DNA of 47,892 nt from a virus (IMGVR_UViG_3300009703_000002:1-47892); one strand, 5' to 3'. Shown: positions 27,134-35,993, numbered from the stretch's first letter. Notes: generated by a model from the letters alone, not told the origin. Numbers and translations: made by a program.

Positions 27134-27691
27134 ATGAGTTTAAATATAGAATTAACTAATCTTTTTGAATTACTTAACCCTTGGAAAGAGGCTAGAAATA
27201 AATTAAATAATACATATCTAATTATAAATGATAGTTTGGTTTTTGTTAATCATATCTCGGCTGAAGAACAAACTATTTATTATGTAAGCCTATTTACTGC
27301 ACCTCATGAGAAAAGCCTTTGTGATCATGAAGTAAAGACACTAAAAATTTGGTTGCCAGAAGCAGGGGTATATATAAATCGTGAAACAGGGTTTGTGGTT
27401 CTTACTTATAAAACAGCTAAAAGACAGTGGCTTAGGAGTTATAGTCCTACTTATTATAATAGTCAATTTTTAGTAGAAGGAAATAAACAGCAATTTTATA
27501 GCCCTTGTGGTTCTAAAATAGAAACAATTTTTAAGTATCCAAGACAAGATATTTGGGTTTCTAAAGATAAATTTATTTATTATTGGGCATTGAAGATTGG
27601 TTTTATTAAAGATTCAGAGACAGTTGTTTGTACAGACAATAGATTTAAACAAGAGATAATTGATTGGAGTAAAAAAGATGCCTACTATTAA
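27134..27691 (+). CDS. Hypothetical protein inside the amidoligase cassette (185 aa)
   Basis: ORF track; RBS AGAGGAGAGAA. No motif recognised. Confidence 0.6.
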   Translation: MSLNIELTNLFELLNPWKEARNKLNNTYLIINDSLVFVNHISAEEQTIYYVSLFTAPHEKSLCDHEVKTLKIWLPEAGVYINRETGFVVLTYKTAKRQWLRSYSPTYYNSQFLVEGNKQQFYSPCGSKIETIFKYPRQDIWVSKDKFIYYWALKIGFIKDSETVVCTDNRFKQEIIDWSKKDAYY

Positions 27692-28718
27692 GTCTACTTG
27701 GTCACAAAATGAGGCTCTTGCATATTATGTAAATAATACTAATGAGACTTTAGATTCAGTTATAGATATTCTTACTGAGGAAGTAGAAATGAATGAAATT
27801 AAATTTAATAAGATAAAACCAACAAATAAATTAGGGGATTTATTTTCCTATAAAAAACTTTCTCCTTATGTAGGTTTAAGAGGTAGGATTCCCATCAGAG
27901 CAAATACAACTTATGTTGGAGTAGAAATTGAAGTAGAAAAGGTTTTATCTGGTATAACTTTAGCAGGTACTTGGAGGTATGATAATGATGGTAGTTTAAA
28001 AGATAATGGAGCAGAGTTTGTTACTATTCCTATTAAAGCTAAATATTTAGAAATAGAATTAAGAAGACTTTTTAGTTCTATTAAAAAATCAGAAGCTACT
28101 TGTAGATGTTCTACTCATGTACATTTAAATGTAAGAGATTTTACTTTAGAGGAATTAAAAGTCTTTCTTGCTATTTACATGGTTTTTGAAAAGAGTCTAT
28201 ATAATTTTAGTGGGGCTAGATGGAATAATAATTATTGTGTTCCTCTATTCAACACCTCTTCAGAAGTATTAAATTTTGTATCTCGCTTAGATAGAATGTC
28301 TATGAAAGATTTTCCCACTTTTATGCATAAATATTCAGGATTAAATACTTGCCCTATTTATGGTGGAGAAAGTAAATTATTTGGAACCGTTGAGTTTCGT
28401 CATATGGAGGGGACAAAGGATACTACTTATATTTTAAATTGGATTAATTTAATAATATCTTTAAAGATATTTGCGAAGAAAACTAGGTTTATAGATTTAA
28501 ATGTACACTTACAAACGATGAATACAACTTCGGGTTATTATTGGTTAGCAAAAGAAGTTTTTGGTAATTGGGTACATTTAATAACAGAACAAAAAAGTTT
28601 TAAATCTGATGTGGAATCTTGTATTACTAAAGCTAAAACAATCTTTCAAAAGAAGAAGACTATAAAAAAAGAATTAAAATTAAACTTATCTGGAAAGGAT
28701 ATAATATGTGTGGAATAG
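27678..28718 (+). CDS. Amidoligase (GS-like putative amidoligase family) (346 aa from MPTIKSTW)
   Basis: YVGVEIEVE, DNDGSLKDNGAEFVTIP, STHVHLNV and GTVEFRHMEGT motifs. The start at 27678 has GGAG 8 nt upstream. Confidence 0.6.
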   Translation: MPTIKSTWSQNEALAYYVNNTNETLDSVIDILTEEVEMNEIKFNKIKPTNKLGDLFSYKKLSPYVGLRGRIPIRANTTYVGVEIEVEKVLSGITLAGTWRYDNDGSLKDNGAEFVTIPIKAKYLEIELRRLFSSIKKSEATCRCSTHVHLNVRDFTLEELKVFLAIYMVFEKSLYNFSGARWNNNYCVPLFNTSSEVLNFVSRLDRMSMKDFPTFMHKYSGLNTCPIYGGESKLFGTVEFRHMEGTKDTTYILNWINLIISLKIFAKKTRFIDLNVHLQTMNTTSGYYWLAKEVFGNWVHLITEQKSFKSDVESCITKAKTIFQKKKTIKKELKLNLSGKDIICVE

Positions 28719-29926
28719 TAGGAATAATTTCAAAAGAAACGATGGGACTGTCCTCTTTTCAAACAAGTGCATTTAATCAGATGCTTTTTGTAGATCAATT
28801 AAGGGGTATGGATGGGACAGGTATATTCTATAATAATAAAAGATATAAGCCTTCTGTTCAACTTGTTAAAGGAGCTATGACAGCCTCAGCTTTTCTACAA
28901 ACAGAGGCTTTTATAAAAGCAGACAAACAAATATATCAACAAGCAAATTTTGTTATTGGTCATAACCGTGCTGCTACTAAAGGAAAACATACCTTTAAAA
29001 ATACCCATCCATTCAAAGTAAAACATATTACACTAATTCATAATGGTACTCTACGAACTCAAAAAGAGCTTCATCCTGATTTAGAAGTAGATAGTCATGC
29101 TATATGTCATAGTATTGCTGAGATTGGATATAAGAAAACCTTAGAAAAACTTAATGGAGCTTTTGCTTTAGTCTGGTTTAATTCTAAAACAGGAAAACTA
29201 CATTTTTGTAGAAATCATGAGAGACCTCTTTTCCTTATTGAGTGTAATTTATGTTATGTTATTGTCTCTGAAGCTAAATTAGCTGAGTGGATATTAAGTA
29301 GAAACGGGATTAAAATTAAAAAAATAGTTCAAGTTCCAACAGAAAAAGTATTCTCTTTTCATATTGAAAATATGGGAGTTTATACAGAAGAGGAAGTAGA
29401 TTATAAAGATTGGTACTCTAGTACTTGGGGAGGCTATGGAGGATATTTAAAGGATAAAGAGGAGCAGTTATATAAACCACTTAAATTTAAAAAAGGCGAT
29501 GTTGTAAGATTTAGGACTGGTAGAATGATTGGTAAAGAAGGAGCCTTAGGAAATTATATTGAAGCAGATATTTTTAAGAATCAATATATTAATGAGAAAA
29601 AATATATTGACCTTGATTATGAAGATAAATGGAGAATTAAAGTTATCCCTTCTAAAAAAGCTCCTTTAACAAGTAGTTTAAGGCATGAATATAATTGTGC
29701 TGGAGAAATTATTAATACAAGTCTTTCTAGCGATGGTAAAACTACTTTTTATTATGTAGATAATATTATTATTATAGATGAAGAGAGTAATACGGTTCCT
29801 AATAAAGGAGCTTTAGTAGAGTGTGATAGTTGCCATGAATTCTCAAGAGAGTCTCATGTGTATATACAAGGATTTTTAATGTGTCCTAGTTGTTGTCAAT
29901 CTACTTTTAATTCCCACTTTGGTTAG
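28706..29926 (+). CDS. Class II (Ntn) glutamine amidotransferase domain protein with a Cys-rich C-terminal domain (406 aa)
   Basis: MCGIVG N-terminal nucleophile, GHNRAATKG, IHNGTL and VDSHAI motifs. The C-terminus has CDSCHEF...CPSCC. Confidence 0.75.
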   Translation: MCGIVGIISKETMGLSSFQTSAFNQMLFVDQLRGMDGTGIFYNNKRYKPSVQLVKGAMTASAFLQTEAFIKADKQIYQQANFVIGHNRAATKGKHTFKNTHPFKVKHITLIHNGTLRTQKELHPDLEVDSHAICHSIAEIGYKKTLEKLNGAFALVWFNSKTGKLHFCRNHERPLFLIECNLCYVIVSEAKLAEWILSRNGIKIKKIVQVPTEKVFSFHIENMGVYTEEEVDYKDWYSSTWGGYGGYLKDKEEQLYKPLKFKKGDVVRFRTGRMIGKEGALGNYIEADIFKNQYINEKKYIDLDYEDKWRIKVIPSKKAPLTSSLRHEYNCAGEIINTSLSSDGKTTFYYVDNIIIIDEESNTVPNKGALVECDSCHEFSRESHVYIQGFLMCPSCCQSTFNSHFG

Positions 29927-29940
29927 AGGAGAAAAATTAT

Positions 29941-30660
29941 ATGAAAAAAGCAATTATATTATATCCTGATATAGCTAAGGATTCTGCTAATGAGTTAGCA
30001 GATGCTCTAGGAATTGATAGAGAAAATCCTTATGAAACAAAAAATAGGCATTTTTTAGCTTATGATACTGTAATTCGATATGGGTTTTCCAGACCAGTAG
30101 CAGCTAATTCTTTTATAAATCATCGTAAAGGAATTAATAGAGCTATTAATAAATTAAAAGTTTTCTCTCTTTTGAAAGATTCTGTTAAGACATTAGAGTT
30201 TACAGAAGATATTAATGTGGCTAAGAAATGGTTAAAGGACGGTCATTATGCTGTAGCAAGAGCTAAAGGGGACTCGTCTAATGGTATTGGAGTAAGTTAT
30301 TGTGATACTTTAGAAGAATTAGAGGAAGCTCCAGCTCTATTTTGGACTAAATATGTTTTTCATGAGAAGGAGTATAGAGTAAATTTTTGGAGAGATGAGG
30401 TTATTTCTGTCTATGATAAGATTGTACCTAACCATGATTTTAAATTTAAACTTATGTTTAGTTTAACTAAACACCCACAATTACTTGATTTCGCTGAGAA
30501 AATATATGATAAGATAGGATTAGATTTTTACGGAGCAGACTTTCTTTGTGATGAAAAAGGAACACTCCACTTACTAGAAATAAATTCCAGTCCAGTATTA
30601 TTTCCACACACAATAAAGAAACTTAAAGCTAAACTTGAAAAGGAATTACAAAATGATTAA
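29941..30660 (+). CDS. ATP-grasp ligase (RimK-like size, 239 aa)
   Basis: GADFLCDEKGTLHLLEINSSP (E-x-N Mg/ATP motif) with preceding Lys/Glu-rich strands. Confidence 0.65.
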   Translation: MKKAIILYPDIAKDSANELADALGIDRENPYETKNRHFLAYDTVIRYGFSRPVAANSFINHRKGINRAINKLKVFSLLKDSVKTLEFTEDINVAKKWLKDGHYAVARAKGDSSNGIGVSYCDTLEELEEAPALFWTKYVFHEKEYRVNFWRDEVISVYDKIVPNHDFKFKLMFSLTKHPQLLDFAEKIYDKIGLDFYGADFLCDEKGTLHLLEINSSPVLFPHTIKKLKAKLEKELQND

Positions 30661-31327
30661 AAAAATTATTGTAAAAATCTCAAAAGGAGCAGCAGAAATT
30701 TTTCAGTCTCTTGATATTAAGTTTGCTCTTGTAGCAGAAACAAATAAAGATACTTATACACAACAACATTTAGCAATTAAGTGTCGTGATTTTCTTGGGG
30801 ATTGTCTATGGAGTAAGAAAAAGAAATTAAGAGCTCAAATCTATGGTTTTTCTTACGACTTCTTAGAGGCTCCTTTTGATGCTAATGCTTTAAAATTAAC
30901 TTTAAAGTTTCCTAATGATATTTCTATGAAGAATTTTAAAGATAATATCTCTTATCTTCATAATAAAGAAGAACAAGCTGGAACAAAACTTTCAGAAGTT
31001 TTCCCAACAGATCAAGAAAACACCCTATTGGTTATCTCAGATAAAATCTGGCAGTCTTCAGTGTGGAAGATAAGTCTCATTACTTTTTATATGAAAATTG
31101 CTTCTTATAAAAATACTAGTTTATTAGAAGAACCAGAGGATAGTTACTTTGAAATCTTATCACCTAAAGCAGAAAAGACTCTTTTGAGTAAGGTATTGAA
31201 AAAAGATAATAAATGGCATAAAGAGATTAGTTATGTTCATAACTACAGTGGTTTTGTTTCCTTGATTAAGAGTAAAGAAAACCTATTACATGAAACATTC
31301 TTTGGAGAAAAAGCTAATGCGGTGTAA
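30653..31327 (+). CDS. Hypothetical protein closing the amidoligase cassette (224 aa from MIKKIIVKI)
   Basis: ORF track with the start moved to 30653, where the ATG overlaps the upstream stop region. No motif recognised. Confidence 0.55.
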   Translation: MIKKIIVKISKGAAEIFQSLDIKFALVAETNKDTYTQQHLAIKCRDFLGDCLWSKKKKLRAQIYGFSYDFLEAPFDANALKLTLKFPNDISMKNFKDNISYLHNKEEQAGTKLSEVFPTDQENTLLVISDKIWQSSVWKISLITFYMKIASYKNTSLLEEPEDSYFEILSPKAEKTLLSKVLKKDNKWHKEISYVHNYSGFVSLIKSKENLLHETFFGEKANAV

Positions 31328-31508
31328 ATGTTGCAATAAAAATTTAAGTGATTTTGAATCTACTCGTAAAGATGACTTAGGAGAATATTTTGATATGTGT
31401 AATCATTGTTTTAATGCGAGTGCTATTTCAGAAGAAGTTATAGTTGTAGATAGAGAAGACCTTTCTCATATTGATGATACTATTGTTGAAGGAGATGTAG
31501 ATGAATGA
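31317..31508 (+). CDS. Small zinc-ribbon-like protein (63 aa from MRCKCCNKNL)
   Basis: CKCC...CNHC cysteine pairs. GGAG lies 9 nt upstream of the ATG at 31317. Confidence 0.5.
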   Translation: MRCKCCNKNLSDFESTRKDDLGEYFDMCNHCFNASAISEEVIVVDREDLSHIDDTIVEGDVDE

Positions 31509-32245
31509 ACTATGTAATCAAGCATGATAGATGTCCAAAATGTGCAGAGAATGGTCGAGATAGGGGAGGAAATAATCTTGCCGTGTATTCAGATGGTCAT
31601 AGTTTTTGCTACGCTGGGCATGGCGTGGTTGATTTTGGTAGCAAGATAACAGCATTTAACAACAAATACAAGGAGATAGAGGAACTTCATAAATATGACT
31701 TGACTTTACCGGAAGATTCTGATATAGTATATCCAGATAGATGCCTTAAATGGATGTCTCAATATGGCCTAGATAAAAATGATTTATTTTCTAATAATAT
31801 CCTTTGGTCTGAACAAAAGCAAAGGCTTCTCTTTCCAATTTATGATAATAATGGATTAGTTGCATGGCAGGGAAGGTGGTTTGGTGAAGGGAATCACGCT
31901 AAGTGGTTCACTAAAGGCAATGTCAAAGATTTATTTCATATATTAGGAAAGAGTGATATTCTTGTATTAGTTGAAGATATTGTATCAGCTATTGTTGTTG
32001 GTAAGGTTTTTTCTGCTATGCCTTTATTTGGATGTTTTGTTGGTAAAGACCGGTTTAAACGGCTTTACAGCCTTTATGGAAAGGAAATTGAGGTATGTGT
32101 ATGGCTTGATCCCGATAAACGTAAGGAAGCTATATCAGAAACTAAATTAGGGTCGTTATATGGGCTAAGGACAAGGACTATTTTCAGTGATGTAGACCCA
32201 AAGGAATTAACTACAGAACAAATTAAGGAGAAATTAAATGACTAA
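31505..32245 (+). CDS. DNA primase (T7 gp4 N-terminal-half-like: zinc ribbon + TOPRIM) (246 aa)
   Basis: CPKCAENG...SDGHSFCYAGHG parallels the T7 gp4 zinc motif. TOPRIM-like ILVLVEDIVSAIV and VWLDPDKRKEA are present. Confidence 0.8.
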   Translation: MNYVIKHDRCPKCAENGRDRGGNNLAVYSDGHSFCYAGHGVVDFGSKITAFNNKYKEIEELHKYDLTLPEDSDIVYPDRCLKWMSQYGLDKNDLFSNNILWSEQKQRLLFPIYDNNGLVAWQGRWFGEGNHAKWFTKGNVKDLFHILGKSDILVLVEDIVSAIVVGKVFSAMPLFGCFVGKDRFKRLYSLYGKEIEVCVWLDPDKRKEAISETKLGSLYGLRTRTIFSDVDPKELTTEQIKEKLND

Positions 32246-32402
32246 CCATACAGATACAGAGGCTATACGTAGAGAGTGGAAAAACTCCTTTGAGGGGTGG
32301 TGGATGCTACTTTCAAAAGTCCCTTACATGAATAAACGGGAAATTGCTGAATGTGCTTGGAATGCCGCTACCCCCCCCCCCACAAGCAAGCCGAAGAGAT
32401 AG
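32238..32402 (+). CDS. Upstream half of an ORF broken at a C11 tract (54 aa in this frame)
   Basis: Manual translation gives MTNHTDTEAIRREWKNSFEGWWMLLSKVPYMNKREIAECAWNAATPPPTSKPKR*. The ATG overlaps the end of the primase gene. Confidence 0.4.
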   Translation: MTNHTDTEAIRREWKNSFEGWWMLLSKVPYMNKREIAECAWNAATPPPTSKPKR

Positions 32403-32563
32403 AAAATCTGAACGCAGAGGTTGTCCATACCCCAGCAGGCGAAGGTGATGTGTGGGGATTCAGAGATTTAGATACCGGACAAGAAGTTTACACCCTTGAA
32501 AAATGGACGGCTTACAAAAAACAATCTACAACCAGTAAAAAGAAGACCTACCTATTAAAATAA
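32351..32563 (+). CDS. Downstream half of the same ORF in the -1 frame (track ORF, 70 aa)
   Basis: The track ORF begins only 20 nt before the C tract. Coding-looking sequence (HKQAEEIENLNAEVVH...) starts right after the tract. Confidence 0.4.
   Translation: MCLECRYPPPHKQAEEIENLNAEVVHTPAGEGDVWGFRDLDTGQEVYTLEKWTAYKKQSTTSKKKTYLLK
32371..32381 (+). repeat. C11 homopolymer
   Basis: Eleven consecutive C bases counted directly. It is the longest G/C run I noticed in this AT-rich genome. Confidence 0.95.
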
Positions 32564-32626
32564 GATATACTCTACAATGTAAAATTTGTGGTAATTTGAA
32601 GTCTTATGAAGATAATTAAAAAATCC

Positions 32627-32655
32627 TTGACAGGATTAAATAAGTGTGCTAAAAT
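32627..32655 (+). promoter_or_regulatory. Near-consensus sigma-70 promoter with extended -10
   Basis: TTGACA (32627-32), a 17-nt spacer ending in TGc, then TAAAAT (32650-55). Confidence 0.65.
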
Positions 32656-32799
32656 ATATTTATATAATTTATATTTAATTGAAAGGAGAATAATAATATA
32701 TTAATATTAATTAAACTACTATTACTTAAAGATAATTATTTTAAGTATAGAGATAGTATAAAAATAAGAAAAGAAGACAGAGAAGAATCTGCTCTTTAT

Positions 32800-34842
32800 T
32801 TGCTCTTGGATAATCTCATGTCTAAATATGACAGAGACATTACCTTCCCAGAGTATCTCCATTCCGCGCAACAAGAGTGTCCTGATTATATACATCTCGT
32901 AGAGAGGTTACGAGATGAAGAGGTCGGTCAGGACATACTGCAAGACCTCATTCAAAAAACAATCGAGAGGCAGCAAGCATATGATCTATCTCTTCTCGCA
33001 ATTGATGCGGCAGAAGGTAGGAAACCTTTATCAGATGCTCTCGATTTCATGTCAAATATCCATGTAATAGAAGAAGAAGCAAACGAAGATGAATTTGTAA
33101 CAGATGATATTGAAGAGCTTTACAATGAAACAATTCATAAGAAGGGATTACGTTGGCGGCTAAATACTCTTAATAGGTCTCTTGGTAGTCTTAGAAAAGG
33201 AGACTTTGGGTTCATATTTGCTCGCCCAGAAACAGGTAAGACTACATTCTTAGCTTCAGAAGTAACAAATTTTGCAGAGCAAACTGATAAGCCTATCCTA
33301 TGGTTTAATAATGAGGAGGGTGGTAAAAAAGTTAAAGTGCGTATAGTTCAAGCATCTTTAGGTTATAATTTGACTCAGTTGTATAGCAATAGACCTCGTA
33401 GCCAAGAAGTATTTATTAAAAATACTAAAGGTAATATTAAACTTAAAGACTCTGCAACAATAACTAAACGTCAAATTGAGAAGCTGTGTAAAGAGTTTGA
33501 CCCTGCTCTCATAGTATTTGACCAGATAGATAAAATCAAAGGCTTTAATGCTGATAGAGAGGATTTACGTCTAGGTGCGATTTACATATGGGCAAGAGAG
33601 TTGGCAAAACAATATTGTCCCGTTATAGGTATATGTCAGGCAGATGTATCAGGAGAGAATAAAAAATATCTCACTATGGAGAATGTTGCCAATGCAAAAT
33701 GTTTAGCACCAAATACTAAGGTATTGATGTTTAATGGTAAATGGAAGAGGGTTGATTCTATCTCTGTAGGAGAACAAGTTATGGGTATTGATAATACACC
33801 AAGAACAGTTTTATCTACAACTAATGGGGTAGAAGAGATGTTTTCTGTTTCTCACAAAATAGGTGGAGATACCTATGTTGTTAATAAGTCTCATATTCTA
33901 GCTCTTGAAAGTCAATCTGGTAGAAAGATTAATAAAAATATTCTTTCTTATAATCAATTTGATTTTGGTTATCGGGTATCTCATAACCTTCCAGAAGCTA
34001 TTTTGCCTATAGACCCTTATTTTCTAGGAGCTTGGTTAGGTGATGGCGGGAAGGATAAGGCTGAGATTACTACGATAGACCCTGAGATTGTTGAAGTAGT
34101 TAAAGAGGAAAGTTCTAAATGGGGATGTACATACACTCAATATATTGAGAAAGAAAGTATAATACATGCTCGTATGAAGTTTCATCAAGGTATTAAACAC
34201 CCCTTTTTAAATAAACTTAAGGAACTTAATTTATATAGAAATAAACATATTCCCCAAGAATATTTTCAGAGTTCTATAGAGCAGAGGTTACAGTTAATAG
34301 CAGGTCTATTAGATACTGATGGGACAAAAGTAGTTAAGAAACATGAGTATTATAGTTTTTCTAACAAGAATTATCTAATTGCTCATGGTCTAAAAGAATT
34401 AGCTCTTTCTTGTGGTCTAATGGCAACATTTAAACAAAGAGGTATTTATTACTATGTAACAATATCTGGAAATGATTTAGGGATTATTCCCATTAGGATT
34501 AAAAGAAAGAAATCTAATTATAAGACACATAAAAATGTACTTAAATCGAGACTTAAAATTACTCCTTTAGGAGTAGGTGAGTATGCCGGAATTGCTATTG
34601 ATGGAGATCATTTGTTTATTATAGAGAATAATATTGTTACTCATAATACAAGTAAGCAAGCTGAGGCAGACTGGATTCTTGGTATAGGCACAGTTCATGA
34701 CGAGGGATTAAAGTATGTGCGATTCCTACACCTATCTAAGAATAAATTGACTGGTGATGAGGATAGTGACCCAGCCTTACGTCATGGACGAATGGACGTA
34801 TTAATCCAACCGGAGATAGCTCGTTATCGAGATTTTAAATGA
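32800..34842 (+). CDS. Replicative hexameric helicase (T7 gp4 C-terminal-half / DnaB-like) interrupted by an intein. The true start may lie upstream of 32800.
   Basis: Walker A FARPETGKTTF, Walker B LIVFDQIDK, and ICQADVSGE. After the intein, TSKQAEADWILGIG completes the motif. The track start is a TTG. Confidence 0.8.
   Translation: MLLDNLMSKYDRDITFPEYLHSAQQECPDYIHLVERLRDEEVGQDILQDLIQKTIERQQAYDLSLLAIDAAEGRKPLSDALDFMSNIHVIEEEANEDEFVTDDIEELYNETIHKKGLRWRLNTLNRSLGSLRKGDFGFIFARPETGKTTFLASEVTNFAEQTDKPILWFNNEEGGKKVKVRIVQASLGYNLTQLYSNRPRSQEVFIKNTKGNIKLKDSATITKRQIEKLCKEFDPALIVFDQIDKIKGFNADREDLRLGAIYIWARELAKQYCPVIGICQADVSGENKKYLTMENVANAKCLAPNTKVLMFNGKWKRVDSISVGEQVMGIDNTPRTVLSTTNGVEEMFSVSHKIGGDTYVVNKSHILALESQSGRKINKNILSYNQFDFGYRVSHNLPEAILPIDPYFLGAWLGDGGKDKAEITTIDPEIVEVVKEESSKWGCTYTQYIEKESIIHARMKFHQGIKHPFLNKLKELNLYRNKHIPQEYFQSSIEQRLQLIAGLLDTDGTKVVKKHEYYSFSNKNYLIAHGLKELALSCGLMATFKQRGIYYYVTISGNDLGIIPIRIKRKKSNYKTHKNVLKSRLKITPLGVGEYAGIAIDGDHLFIIENNIVTHNTSKQAEADWILGIGTVHDEGLKYVRFLHLSKNKLTGDEDSDPALRHGRMDVLIQPEIARYRDFK
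33700..34647 (+). mobile_element. Intein (316 aa) with a LAGLIDADG homing-endonuclease domain
   Basis: Starts with Cys (CLAPNTKVLMF), ends with THN, and the +1 residue is Thr. It has a block B-like VNKSHIL and two LAGLIDADG motifs (FLGAWLGDGG, LIAGLLDTDG). Confidence 0.85.
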
Positions 34843-35993
34843 AACCCTTAATACTTGATGTAGAAACAACTATCAGTAATAAAGGCAATCCTTTTGACCA
34901 ATCTAATAAATTAGTTTGTGTTGGAATAAAAACAAAAGAAGTCTCAGAGATTCTATATATTCCAGGTTCATTGGAAGACTATATGTATCTACAAGGATAT
35001 ATAGATTCTTGTGATATTCTGGTAGGATTTAATATCAAATTTGATCTACATTGGTTAAGAAAAATTGGAATTAAATTCGACCATAAACCAATCTGGGATT
35101 GTCAATTAGGTGAGTTTATCTTAAATAATCAAAAAATTAAGATGCCTAGTTTAGATGATAGTTGTGAACGAAGAGGACTAGGAAAGAAAATTGATACAAT
35201 TAAACTTAATTATTGGGATAAAGGTATCAATACAGATGAAATTCCTCGTGAGGAACTATCTGAATATTTAGCTCAAGACCTAGCATTGACAGAAGAACTA
35301 TACAAGATACAACGAGAAATCTTTCAAAAAGATAATCGGTATCGAGTATTTAAACTTCAATGTCAAGATTTACTTGTCCTTGAAGAAATGGAATGGAATG
35401 GACTTGTCTTTAATACAGAAAAGGCTCGTGCTAGAGCTAAAGAACTACAAGGAACTTTAGATGGAATCTACAAAGAGATTCTTAATACAGTTGGCAACAT
35501 TCCTATTAATATTAACTCTAATCATCATCTTTCCGCTATTCTTTATGGTGGGAATATCGTGGTGGAGTCTCGAATACCTATCGGGGTATTTAAAACAGGT
35601 AAGAAAATAGGACAAATAAGAAACAAAGTAATTAAAAAGGTTTATGAATTACCCCGTTTGGTTGAGCCATTAAAAAATACAGAGGCAAAAGTACCAGAAG
35701 GAAGTTTACCAATATGGAAAACAAATGAGGATATTCTTAGAGCGTTAAAGGCTAACAAGTCTACACGGTATCTAATAAATTTATGCCTTGAATTTGCTAG
35801 TGTTGAAAAATTAAGAGGTACATACCTTGAAGGTTGGAGCAATCTAATTGATAAAATGAATTGGCCTCACAACAAGATACACGGTAATCTTAATCAGACA
35901 ACAGCCATAACATGTAGATTAAGTAGTACAAAACCTAATTTACAGAATGCCGATCCAATAACTAAAATATATTGTGAGAGTAGATATGAATGA
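34839..35993 (+). CDS. Family A DNA polymerase, piece 1 (3'-5' exonuclease domain and the N-terminal part of the polymerase domain, 384 aa)
   Basis: Exo motifs LILDVETT, GFNIKFDLHWL and YLAQDLALT are present. It ends just after RLSSTKPNLQN, which normally precedes motif A. Confidence 0.8.
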   Translation: MKPLILDVETTISNKGNPFDQSNKLVCVGIKTKEVSEILYIPGSLEDYMYLQGYIDSCDILVGFNIKFDLHWLRKIGIKFDHKPIWDCQLGEFILNNQKIKMPSLDDSCERRGLGKKIDTIKLNYWDKGINTDEIPREELSEYLAQDLALTEELYKIQREIFQKDNRYRVFKLQCQDLLVLEEMEWNGLVFNTEKARARAKELQGTLDGIYKEILNTVGNIPININSNHHLSAILYGGNIVVESRIPIGVFKTGKKIGQIRNKVIKKVYELPRLVEPLKNTEAKVPEGSLPIWKTNEDILRALKANKSTRYLINLCLEFASVEKLRGTYLEGWSNLIDKMNWPHNKIHGNLNQTTAITCRLSSTKPNLQNADPITKIYCESRYE

